NCBI GenBank assembly: GCA_001599295.1
Contig: BCGN01000004.1
Coordinates: forward strand, 1,861,676-1,903,616
Direction of reading: 5' to 3'
DNA length: 41,941 bases
Source of the DNA: Sporopachydermia quercuum
Lineage: Eukaryota
This document shows positions 11,201 through 21,161 of this stretch, one piece after another; the stretch's first letter is position 1; every line of letters begins with the position of its first letter. Both the position numbers and the translations under genes were made by a program. A model generated the notes under the pieces. That model did no database searches. It saw only the letters and a list, made by a program, of their open reading frames with translations, and was not told the DNA's origin.

Positions 11201-12210
11201 AATCTGGAGACATCACTAGAGGTACCACCCATATCAATGGCGATAGTTGGAGTACCATCATCCTTATCGTACGATGTTCGGGCAACACCAACAACACCAC
11301 CTGCAGGACCAGACAATAATGCCTTCAAACCGGTGAATTTATCATATTTACATAGACCACCATCAGACATCATGAATTCAAGTCTTGTATGCTTCGTGAA
11401 ATCTGATGAGAACCCTTTTAAAAGAGTTTTGATATAATCCTTGACGATCGGTGTCAAATAAGCATCCATACATGCTGAATGACCTCTATAAACAGCCTTT
11501 ATCATGGGTAAAAGTTCGTGGGATAGTGACACATTATCGAAACCAACTTCCTTTGCAATTTCCCCAATTTCCTTTTCATGCACNTGGAAGTTATAACCGT
11601 GAATCAAACAAACAGCTAAAGATTTAATAGATGGGTTCTTTTCCTTCAGCTCTAGTAATTGCTTCTTGGTTTTCTCTTTGTTCAATGGCTTTAATATTTG
11701 AACAACTTCATTAGTTGAACCAAGGACATATTCTTTGCCATCAACTAAATCTCTTGCATCATAACCAGTAGCATCTTCGGTAAATGCAGGTAGTGTAACT
11801 CTTTCTTCTACTTCAATTACTTCTTTATACAGGACACCAGGCTTAACGATTTCAAAGGCAAACAAATCAGGTCTTGCTTGATCACCAATGTGCAACATAT
11901 CCTTAAAACCTTCAGAAACGATCAAAGCAAAATCCGAACCCTTTCTCTCCAGTAAGGCATTTGTTGCGACGGTTGTACCAAGTCTAATGTTAGAAATTGG
12001 TGTAGTATCTAAGGGGACTCCTCTTGGGATCCTTTGATCAGTGATTTGTTCTAACACTCTTCTTATACCTTCAATGTTGGCATCTTCATAATTACTTGGA
12101 TCAACAGAAAGAAGTTTGAAATATATATCTGGTTGGCCAGGAACAATAGCTAGAACATCGGTGAATGTTCCACCTCTGTCTAAATTGACTGTGACACCTT
12201 CAATAGTCAT
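8251..12210 (-). CDS. 5-oxoprolinase family ATP-dependent lactamase (fused hydantoinase A+B), divergent OXP1-like paralog
   Basis: 1319 aa with DRGGTFTD, GTTVATNALLERKG, LSGPAGGVVG, DMGGTSSDVSR, INTVAAGGGS, VGPESAGAHPGP, DFSCALFD and TPGGGGYG. Several canonical B-domain residues are altered (see findings). Confidence 0.95.
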   Translation of the reverse strand: MTIEGVTVNLDRGGTFTDVLAIVPGQPDIYFKLLSVDPSNYEDANIEGIRRVLEQITDQRIPRGVPLDTTPISNIRLGTTVATNALLERKGSDFALIVSEGFKDMLHIGDQARPDLFAFEIVKPGVLYKEVIEVEERVTLPAFTEDATGYDARDLVDGKEYVLGSTNEVVQILKPLNKEKTKKQLLELKEKNPSIKSLAVCLIHGYNFXVHEKEIGEIAKEVGFDNVSLSHELLPMIKAVYRGHSACMDAYLTPIVKDYIKTLLKGFSSDFTKHTRLEFMMSDGGLCKYDKFTGLKALLSGPAGGVVGVARTSYDKDDGTPTIAIDMGGTSSDVSRFDGHYAHIFETTVAGIKIAAPQLDINTVAAGGGSILTYKNHLYNVGPESAGAHPGPICYKKNGFLTITDANLMCGRILPEFFPKIFGPNEDEPLDKDLVVEAFTKLANQINADNPNSKPKTPLEVAYGFLQVANVTMAKPMRQLTENKGYQISKHNLVSLGGAGGQHANSLAKELGISRVIIHKYSSXLSAYGIALADVVEETILPTAIPYKENADDEIVPKIDALKEKSKKSLLEQNIPEELXQFEIFLNMCYSGSDSKIMIREDLEKKNFSFIEQFYIEHEREFSFNDKSRDVIVSDIRVRAFADINNSNSDTAPFTELNSIQTKEVSADKATTTTDIYFDNGLQSSKVYKLEDLEKGTIINGPALVLDATQTLLLEPGSQLTVLTNHVIIDVKDQSPKGNDLEKPTVVDHIQLSIFSHRFMAIAESMCSTLKKVSVSANIKERMDFSCALFDDEGNLVANAPAVPVHLSSMSFAVKYQIKHWNGDIQPGDILATNHPSAMGSHLPDITLISPVFIDGKIRFYVGNRAHHAEIGGTKAGSMDSNATSLDEEGAKFIAWKVVQNGQFDYDGVHKYFTEEPMKLPGSSPSRKVADNIADLKAQVAANSKGISLLQEVFREYGTETVLFYMKAIKDTSSDSVRRFLKSVAVEKRGQLPLVAVDYMDDGARIQVSVDIDEETGDAVFDFTGTDDEAYNCFNAPKCVVCACITYCLRCHITDGDLPLNEGVLDPITIIIPENCLLNPGPTAAISGGNGITSQKITDTILKAFGTVAASYGCMNCICFGQGGIDPKTGEVVGGFGFCETIGGGSGAGNGFNGFSGTQCNMTNTLMTDPEVLEQRYPCWLKQFSVRKGSGGRGKWNGGDGLIRELQFTQDCHGSVLTQRRVFPPYGMAGGENGGRGLNQLGRFDPKSKRIFWKHLGPTAEIEFHPGDILKISTPGGGGYGPVEEKCDCEGNGKQQTKVNIPRAHGSVSAFHDSMKTSQ

Positions 12211-12720
12211 TTTCAGCGATTGATTTNGATTTGATTATAAAGATAGGGAATCGCAAAAGTTTGATTCAAGCAACTAACACAGCTTAGTAGACAATCGAAT
12301 AGAACCAGCTATCTTTATGGAAGAAAACAACAAATAAATGAATAGAAAAATAGAAGAGATTAAATCCTGTGAATGAGAAACAGGGTGTAGATAGGTATAA
12401 GTAATAATTTCTTTCTTGTAGTTGATAGGTTGGAATCAAAGGATGTGGAGAAGAAGAATCTGTGAGCGGGTCGAGTTACCCATGCGAAGTATGTTTGAAA
12501 AGAAAGCTAGTAAAACCTAGACTTCTAAAAAGTAACTCAATAGGTAATCCAAAATTCTAAGGATATTAGTTGCTTCTTACCATGGTAAGCTGGGTATTGC
12601 AGTGGTGGTTAACATTGTTGAGATTAAGTCAGAACCATGGACTAACTAACTCTCTAAGAGNTTTTCACTGAAAGGAAGTAATATCCACAATTCCCAAAAA
12701 GGGTTTAAGGTTGATAATTG

Positions 12721-13458
12721 CAAATTTAACAAATTTCTAAAACTAAGGTAAGGAGAAAGACTAAGTTGGAAATTTTAGATAAGTACTTAAAATGGATTTA
12801 TAAAGTTGACGCAGATTTCAAAACCAATAATATGTCTTGATGTNTTGAGGGAAAGAGGGAGTAGAAACGAACACCAATCTAGATTGCAGGAAATATAATC
12901 GTTTGCTCCGTACTAACTATCTACTTGTCTCAATATCCAGGTGACCTTACAATGAGAGTTTGTCAATAAATTCACAATCTAGAGCTTTTATATGAAACTT
13001 CTCCAATAAATTATTGAAGATGAAAGAACGGACTTTATGTTCCGTTGCAGAAATTAAGTTGAACATTTTGTAAACTTTATATTTGACCGTTAGGGTTTTC
13101 GTTTCCTATAGTTTGCCTATGCGTTTCTCATTTTCTTATCAAGCTACTGTTAGCAGATCATTCTCTAGAAAACGATGAGCTTTTCACAACATCTTTTAGT
13201 GTTTAAGATAATTCTTGTTTGTTTTCTCTAGCTAGTAAACTTTAACTTCTAATCTAGTCATCATTCAATATCTTTGACAGAAGTTCGCATACTCTATCCT
13301 TGAATTATTAGCTCCACCGTAGGACTATCTCTGTACTTGATTTTTTGATACCATTTACGTTTGTACTTAAGAACTACGTATAAACCTGAACTTTAATACT
13401 GACAACATAGATTAGGTAAGTCAACTTTAACCTTAGTTTTAGAAATTTGTTAAATTTG
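12721..13458. mobile_element. Non-autonomous MITE-like element, 738 bp, perfect 29-bp TIRs, 6-bp TSD (TAATTG)
   Basis: 12721-12749 CAAATTTAACAAATTTCTAAAACTAAGGT is the exact reverse complement of 13430-13458. TAATTG flanks both ends (12715-12720, 13459-13464). A further inverted 10-mer lies at 12801-12810 / 13420-13429. No ORF inside in the ORF track. Confidence 0.7.
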
Positions 13459-14141
13459 TAATTGTACCCGACGAACTATTTAAGGAAACTAACTGATAAG
13501 ATCACATAGAACAATGGTTTGAATGAAAGAGAGTATAAGAGAATAGATAGCATATGAATAGTATTATTTTCTATTTCTGAAACCCTGAAAATCATAATTA
13601 ATAATTTTATTTTTAATCCCTATCTTGTATTAGTAGCTTTAACTTAAAAGCGAAAATGCTCATTTAGGAACCATTGGTGTGTCTCAATCTAAGGAAGAAA
13701 CATAGAACCCGATTGCTATATTTGAAAGTTGAGATTGTCAACCTTGACGATTTGATCTACTTGTAATATTATTATAATATGTAGCGAAGATTTGTAATNT
13801 AATAACTATGATGATATTCATTTGGTAAACAAGCCACGAAAGTTGGGTCTGGATCTGCAATTCACAATAGGTCAGAATTTCACACACTCCGTGACATTAA
13901 GAGGTACCACTTATCAATACACGTAAGGTATATGCGACTGATATTATTCTTCTCTTAATAATTCTATGAATTAGATTACTATAGATTCATTAATGTAGTT
14001 GAATAAAACATCTGTAATAAATTATTTCTACATTACAAGTTGATACGAGCAATATAAACTAAGCAACATTTATCATTCTATACGCTTGGCAGAACATATA
14101 AAGCCAAAATATTAAAGCTGAAAGCTCCTGTTTTATCAGTT

Positions 14142-15440
14142 TCACAACTTGCTAAGTCTTTTGCTTACAACTTCTTCTTTGACCCAGCTCTTAATATCCT
14201 TGAAGTCAAGGTTTTCACTGACGACTCTCCATTCACATTCTTCTTGGCTGAATTCTTTAGTGTCTTCTCTCCATCTCCATTTCTTCGATAAGCTCTCAGA
14301 AAGCTCGTTATCTATTTTTTGAACTATGTATTTGCCAATGTTTGGAAGTAATTTGAAAGCATGTCCACTATCGCCTGTTGCAACTAATACATTCTTATAT
14401 GATGGTAGTTTATCGATGATGAAATGTGAATCAGAAGTATCAGCAATCCAACAACATTTACTATCAATTAAGTCATGATAAGCCAACTCAGGGACATACT
14501 TGCCCAAGATTTGTTTAACTTGGGCAACACATTCGCTTGGAATTGTATCTTCAGGGTGATTGTTTTTATATCTAGGTAACGATTTATCCTTAATATAGTT
14601 AGTTGTACCAGAACCTGGAAGAGCAATCTTCAGTAATCTTGTTTCTGGATCAGGAGGGAAAAAGTAACCCATTTCTGCATCGAAAAGAATAGGAACATCT
14701 TTAAACTTTTCATACTCGGCATCCGTCAATCTAATGTGAGATACAAATAATCCAACTGCACTTTGCTGCTGCTGTAAATCAACAATATATCCGGTACCAG
14801 CTCCTGATGCTACAATAATAAGTTCACCAGAAATTTTAGAACCATCAGCACATTCAACAGATTCCACACCAGTTTTAGAGTCTTTACTAATACCAACCGC
14901 TTTACCAGCATCACCGAAAACAAATTTGACGCCTAAACTTCTTGCCTTTTCATATGCAGCTCTCAGAGAGTTAGCAGCATGAGCTAGGCCACATTCTTGA
15001 TTGAACTTCCATTCAAGTTCCGGGCTACCACTATTATACTCAAAGAATGAAAATCTCTTGGCTAGAGCTTCACCACTCTTATGGAATTCAATTTTTTGTC
15101 CTTCGCCGGGAATCTTTCTCAGTGTCTCAATACTTTCTATTTCAAATTTTCTTCTTCCCTCATGATGCAACGGAGTGATTTGAACTCTGCCACATTCACT
15201 GAAGTGAGGTTTGTAGATTGGACTATGTTTCCATTCATGATAGGCTTCAACCGCCATATCACAATATTCAAGATCAGTGTACTCATTTCTAATAATTTTA
15301 TTAATATCATTAGCAGCTGACCAAGCTGATGGTACTGGATAAGCATCAATAGCTGTAATCCTATAATCAGGGTGCTTCTCAGCAAGGTGAACTGCCGTCG
15401 AAAGACCAAGGACACCGCATCCAACGATTACAACTTCCAT
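14142..15440 (-). CDS. FAD-dependent oxidase of the sarcosine/pipecolate/fructosyl-amino-acid oxidase family, most like S. pombe Fap2 L-saccharopine oxidase
   Basis: VIVGCGVLGLSTA dinucleotide fold, PVPS..SAANDINKI, ECGR, HI.LTD.E, FPP.P.T.L.K.A, CWIADT (flavinylation Cys region), GDSGHAFKLLPNIG and WRWRED..EWR. The C-terminal SKL suggests peroxisomal targeting (PTS1). Confidence 0.88.
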   Translation of the reverse strand: MEVVIVGCGVLGLSTAVHLAEKHPDYRITAIDAYPVPSAWSAANDINKIIRNEYTDLEYCDMAVEAYHEWKHSPIYKPHFSECGRVQITPLHHEGRRKFEIESIETLRKIPGEGQKIEFHKSGEALAKRFSFFEYNSGSPELEWKFNQECGLAHAANSLRAAYEKARSLGVKFVFGDAGKAVGISKDSKTGVESVECADGSKISGELIIVASGAGTGYIVDLQQQQSAVGLFVSHIRLTDAEYEKFKDVPILFDAEMGYFFPPDPETRLLKIALPGSGTTNYIKDKSLPRYKNNHPEDTIPSECVAQVKQILGKYVPELAYHDLIDSKCCWIADTSDSHFIIDKLPSYKNVLVATGDSGHAFKLLPNIGKYIVQKIDNELSESLSKKWRWREDTKEFSQEECEWRVVSENLDFKDIKSWVKEEVVSKRLSKL

Positions 15441-17457
15441 TATTAATGACGTTCTATCAATCTAATTAATTTTGTTTCACTCAGAAAAACCCTTTTCTTA
15501 GCTTTGTCAATTCTGTGTTCTATATGATCGCAAATTATAACTAAGATACTTGTGAACGATCAAGCTGAGTCAGAACCTTTTTCCAATATTGATTCAGAAA
15601 CTATTGCTTTATACTTTCCAATAATTAAGGCCAGTAATATCAATCTCAAAAGAAATGATTGAATCAACAGCTGATTGTAAAAATCGTGGAACGTATGAGG
15701 TTATAAATTGGAGTGAGAGCAATCAGATGCGATAGAAATATCATCATTTCTTTGAATTCTCCAAACACATCCTACTAAGTTTCTATGAGAGCAAAAAATC
15801 AATTCATCCCATCGGAAACACTAGCCACTCGTATTGCAGTTATCAATCAGATTTAGAAATATTATTCAAAGTTTCTTTCAATAGCGCAGGTGTCAGACGA
15901 TCAATTATTGTTGGAAGTCAGCTTGAAATGTAGAATTGCTTGGGTTCAGTGATACTGAATGTGGTAAAATCTTTCAACGGCACACGTATTACCAGAATAG
16001 GCATGATGTTCTTCTGTGTTTTAGATTGAAGCTTAAATTAAGTTAAGGTTTGAATCATTAAGTACCTCTCAATATAGAATCCGATAATCATTTCAATTCT
16101 CTTTTTTATGGTTGTTGGGCTGATCATTATAGCACAATAGTGGAATATGAATCCCACACCCTTGCATTGGGTAACTATGATGAACTCATTCTCGAGTGGT
16201 TATTATTTGCTATGGAGCGCGGAGTAGTTTCGATTGGAAATTATAAAGTTCAGCGCAGTAGGTAGCAGATCACAAGCAATAGATATATTTCTCTAGTATA
16301 AATTATTATTCTCACACTATTGAAAGTCTATGGTCTACATAGTATATTGAATAATACCACCGGCATGTGCCGTTAGTTGGGGTCCAAAGAATACATTTGT
16401 CGGTATGAATCCCCTCTTTAGTGTAGTAGATTGGACTGCATGCACTCTATTTGCTTCTCCCTTTAATTAGTATAAATTGCATGTATAAATCACTTTATTG
16501 TAGATTTGCGCTGAAATATCATTATTGTTCTTCTTCTTCGTGATAGGGAAATGTCAAGATAGGAGGACGGTAATGTCTCCTTCTTTGATGGATAAATGCT
16601 TAAGTATAAATAAGGTTGGTACTAAATATAAGCTTAACAGAATAAGGTTTAAAAGATTTGATAAAATTGTACTATCTATCCGACATACCTGATTCAAGCC
16701 TCGCTTGAATTGCATTTTTTATCACTTGCTCGATGATAATGATGACTTGACAAGTTTCCTTTAACTTAGAACTATTATTCGTTAAGAGTCTATAGATGGT
16801 AAGAGAAAGGCGCGTATTTTATAACAATTTTCTAGTTATTAATTTACTTGGCAGAGATATTATTCTTTCGTACATGAATTGGTAGCTGGTATCACTGTTT
16901 CTCTTCCAATACTAATTTAATGTTTAATTTGCTCCTGAAGTTCATCTGTCATAATAAAAAGTTGAAGAAGCATCAATCAAGTGAAATTCTAAAGGAAAAT
17001 TATTTTATACTGAAGAAAAGCTTGTTTATCTAGTTACTGAGCTTGGGCCATCTATTCTTTCGTTGATAATCATATTACTTGTCATCTAACTGAGCTTTCA
17101 ATAAGTAGTTTCAAACCCGATAAGAAGATTTGCAGATACGCTTGCTAAAAGAAGTTGATGGTTCATACTTCCCTTTCTCCACTTTCCTTTGATCTAGCCT
17201 ACTGATATCTGTTATAATACTGTTGTCTTCTGCATCTTGTTTCAGAAGTTTATAAATGCAAGTGAGAATCCCACTCTTTAAATTTATTTGATCATTTGAG
17301 TCTCTCTCTTTCTGCCAAATAAACATAATCAATCAACAAACGACTTGTAAATAACATCACTGGTTTGAGTTATTGAAAGTATAGTTAAAATAAACTATAC
17401 ATTGAAACAAGAATATCGTTTACACAACATTTATATTGTTCGTCTAATTGTTTTAAA

Positions 17458-19023
17458 ATGGATTCAAACACCGAATCAAACACTAGTATCGAGAAATCTC
17501 AACCAAAGGTTCAAGTTGGTGAACTCGAAACTCAATCTTCAGCACCTTCAAATAAGGATATTGAGAATTCTAAAGATCTTGATGCTGGTGCTCAATTTTT
17601 AATTTTGCACGCAGATAAATATGCTGATTACACTGAAGATGAAGCAAGAAAGGTTTTGAGAAAAATTGATTGGAATCTTATGCCAATTATGACACTTGCT
17701 ATAACATTTGCTGCAGCCGATAAGATTATCATTTCCAATGCTGCTCTTTATGGTATGAAAACTGATGCCAATCTTGTCGGTCAGCAATATTCTTGGATCG
17801 GATCTATCTTTTATTTTGGTTATTTGGCTATGGAATTACCTGCAAACATTATGCTACAAAGGTTTCCAATTGGCAAATGTTTATATGGTTCTTTCTTCTT
17901 TTGGGTTTCAATTTTACTTTTGATGGCCGCTGGCCATAATTTTGGCTCGCTAGCTGCTCTCAGGTTCTTATTGGGTATGGGTGAAACTTTTCTTTTCCCT
18001 GCATCAACTGTCATTACTTCTATGTTTTACAAAAAATCAGAACAACCTATTAGAAACGCTATCTGGTTTTCTGGGTTTTCTTCATTGATTACCGGTATTC
18101 TTTCTTACGCTATTGGTCATGCTGATTCTGCTATTGCCAACTGGAAACTACTTTTCATTGTTTTTGGCTGTATTACTTTTGCCATTACTTGTGCAATGGT
18201 CTATTTTATTCCTGATTCTCCAATGACTTGTCGTTGGTTGACTGAAAAGGAAAGATACATTGCAGTTGATAGAACTAAGGCAAATAGAACTGGTACTAAA
18301 AACTCAAAACTGAAGAGAGAACAAGTTATTGAAGCTTTAACTGATCCCAAATCGTGGCTAATGTGTATTTTTGTTTTATGTTTCAACATTCCTAATGGTG
18401 CCTTGGTTACCTTCGCTGCTCAAATTGTTAGCGGAATGGGTTACGGACTTCTCCAAACTACATTACTAGGTATGCCAACCGGTGTTTTCATGACATTTTC
18501 TTCATGGGTTATTGCTGGTGGTACTCATTTCACACCAAAGAAATACAAGTCTGTTGCTATTGCTTTAGTTGGTCTTGTCCCCTTAGTTTGTTGTGTTTTA
18601 ATTAAAGAGTTGAACCCAGATACTACCAACAAAAATGGTTTACTAGTTACTTATTATTTCTTCTACTTTTACTGGGGTCCTTATGTTGGTATGCTTTCTT
18701 TGTCTATGGCAAACACTTCTGGTCATACTAAGAAGACAATTGTGAACGCTATGAATTTCATTTCATACTGTGTTTCTAACATCATCGCACCACAATTCTT
18801 CAAAGCAAGTGAAGCCCCTCATTACAGAACTGGTTATAGTGCAATTTTAGGTTTTGTTTCCGCTGGTATTGTTACTATCATCTGTTACGGATTTTTATGT
18901 GTTTACGAGAATAAGAAGAGAGATGAGCTTTATGGCAAACCATCTTTGGACTATAATCCAGACGAGGATTCTTTGGATTTGACTGATAGGCAAAAGGCCA
19001 ACATATTTAGATATAGTTGGTAA
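17458..19023 (+). CDS. MFS transporter, allantoate permease (DAL5/ACS) family
   Basis: KVLRKIDWNLMP, QYSWIGSIFYFGYL, LRFLLGMGE, FYKKSEQPIR, IPDSP..CRWLTEKE, EALTDPKSW, NTSGHTKK, NIIAPQFF, ENKKRD, DLTDRQ..FRY; about 12 hydrophobic segments. Confidence 0.93.
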   Translation: MDSNTESNTSIEKSQPKVQVGELETQSSAPSNKDIENSKDLDAGAQFLILHADKYADYTEDEARKVLRKIDWNLMPIMTLAITFAAADKIIISNAALYGMKTDANLVGQQYSWIGSIFYFGYLAMELPANIMLQRFPIGKCLYGSFFFWVSILLLMAAGHNFGSLAALRFLLGMGETFLFPASTVITSMFYKKSEQPIRNAIWFSGFSSLITGILSYAIGHADSAIANWKLLFIVFGCITFAITCAMVYFIPDSPMTCRWLTEKERYIAVDRTKANRTGTKNSKLKREQVIEALTDPKSWLMCIFVLCFNIPNGALVTFAAQIVSGMGYGLLQTTLLGMPTGVFMTFSSWVIAGGTHFTPKKYKSVAIALVGLVPLVCCVLIKELNPDTTNKNGLLVTYYFFYFYWGPYVGMLSLSMANTSGHTKKTIVNAMNFISYCVSNIIAPQFFKASEAPHYRTGYSAILGFVSAGIVTIICYGFLCVYENKKRDELYGKPSLDYNPDEDSLDLTDRQKANIFRYSW

Positions 19024-21161
19024 TAGTGTTCGTTTATGTAGTAGCTTGATTTTTCTTTGCTGAGGGTGTTTATTATTCAATAAATAGAGGGTACAAATGT
19101 TTAAAATGGGTTGACGTAGGATATCTCTAAAAGAACAATAATTTTCCGAATTCTTAGAGCTGAAGATATTAAGAGATTGATAATACTCCGAGACAGAAAC
19201 TAAGGGAATTGTCAACCAATATTTAGAAGAATAAGGCTAAACAAAGAATAGGGGTAATAAAAGTTCTCTTTGTTTTCAAATAAGATTAACGTAATAGCGG
19301 AATGAATAATTCTGTACTCAAAACTGAAATTCAGTGCTATGTAATCGAGTAGTTACTTCTTTTGCTCCCAACTTTTAGGTAAATTGAAAATCTGTCCAGC
19401 TTTTACTTACTAAAGATCAATTAATATTTTGTAAGTACCAATAGCAATTTCCAAAGCTTTTCACTGATAAACAGGAGTTTCCGAACTAATAAGTGAGGAA
19501 ATGTTATGAGTGTGATTTTCAAGTTTTTTGATAAATTCTTTCGAGATATCTATATTGAAAGTTTGTCATTCGTATTTTTGGAGATCCAACATATCAAGCG
19601 ACGTTGTTTTGATGCGATTTCAGAAAAGAAATGAGTTTAAGCAGATTGAATGAACCAGTATACACATATATGTACAATATCTCTTAATTGGATGAAAGCC
19701 AATGTTGTGGTAACACCTTCACTTTCAAACATCAAATTGATAAATCAGCATAATAAGTACCCTTTTTGATAAGATTATCAGATGTGTGTCACCAAATTGT
19801 AAACGATAATACTAAATTTGATGTTACTGGAGTACTACAATTAACCATCCAGAGAGATTTCGAATCAAATAGAATCAAGTCAGTAGCAATTGTGATCTAA
19901 TATGCGCTTCTTCATTTAGAAGAGAAAACAGTTGTTGTCAAAAATGTTAATATCTAGTACAAACCATTGATTGAGAGTTCTAGATAGATTTTGTAAGGAA
20001 GAGGAAAGGTATGTGAGCTAAGAGTTGATCGGTTTAGATCGTCTAAACATGGTCCCATCTATTACTTTAACCAAACAATTAGGCCAACCAAGTGAGAACA
20101 TTTCACATTAAAATGAATACCTTGGTGTCAGAACACTATACGATAAAGCTGGAAGAGTGGAAGAAATGGTAAGGCAAGGTAAGAAATGTTCTAAGATGGA
20201 ATTGAGAACTAAAAACTGGGAAGAGAAGTGTGAAATGATAGAGTTTGAACTCGGTCTCGTAAATCTCGAATAGTATGAGAAGTTTTAAAGTTGTGCAAAC
20301 TTAAATTAAAAAGCTCTATGTTCTTGTAGTATTACTAGAAAAGATTGGGATTATTCTAGCAGCTATATGAATATGATAATATCAGCCTTGTCTTAGCAGT
20401 TTAATGATGCTTGATTTTTTGGTTTNATCTTATAAAGTAACATTGCTTGAAAAGTTAATCGAAAGAAGGTAATTTGAGATGGAGTGACTACAATCTAACT
20501 AACATGAAATCAACCATATTTAATGAACTCTATTTTGACTTTAATCGTAAGGGAACCAGTTAATTCGAATACTTTATAGGACGATGAAAGGGCCCAAGCC
20601 CTATACAAAATGTATAATACCTAAGCATGAATCAAAGAAGCTTCAAACGATACGAGATATAAATACTGTTTTGTTTATGAGCCAAGTATAAAGTGCGAGT
20701 ACTTATTATACGTTACTAGGACACTGTGTGCCTATACAATTTTGCGCCGGAAAAGCTAAGAAATAGATCACATCTGTAATTAGGTTACATTGAGCCTTAT
20801 GAGGATAACTAATGTCTTGAGCTATCATATAAGTAGCTGCAACTTCCATGTTATACATACCACTACAAGTTATTGTTACTATTCTTTTTTAATTACGGTA
20901 GGAAGGACATCACAACCACTATTGGTATGAGAAGTCGTTAGCCGAGGTTTTACTAACTTTAGTCATAGAAAACCAACAAACGATTCTATAGACTAACAGT
21001 CGTGAAAGAATTACTCACAAGTAGCCTCAAGAGAATGGACAGCAAGATTCACTTAAATATTTCTTGAAAACTCGAAAATAGACACTCTGTTAGTAACATA
21101 ATTTCCAAAAAAAATTATACATTTGAAGTATAAAGGTTATAAAATACTCCGGGGAAAAAAA

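Noticed and set aside
16229..16243. Near match to the Lys14 site (TCCRNYGGA) in the oxidase/permease promoter
   Set aside because: Single imperfect copy (TCGATTGGA); not significant.
20049..20273. Interrupted purine-rich reading frame between the two permeases, possible gene relic
   Set aside because: No recognisable protein similarity and an internal stop; needs tBLASTx to assess.
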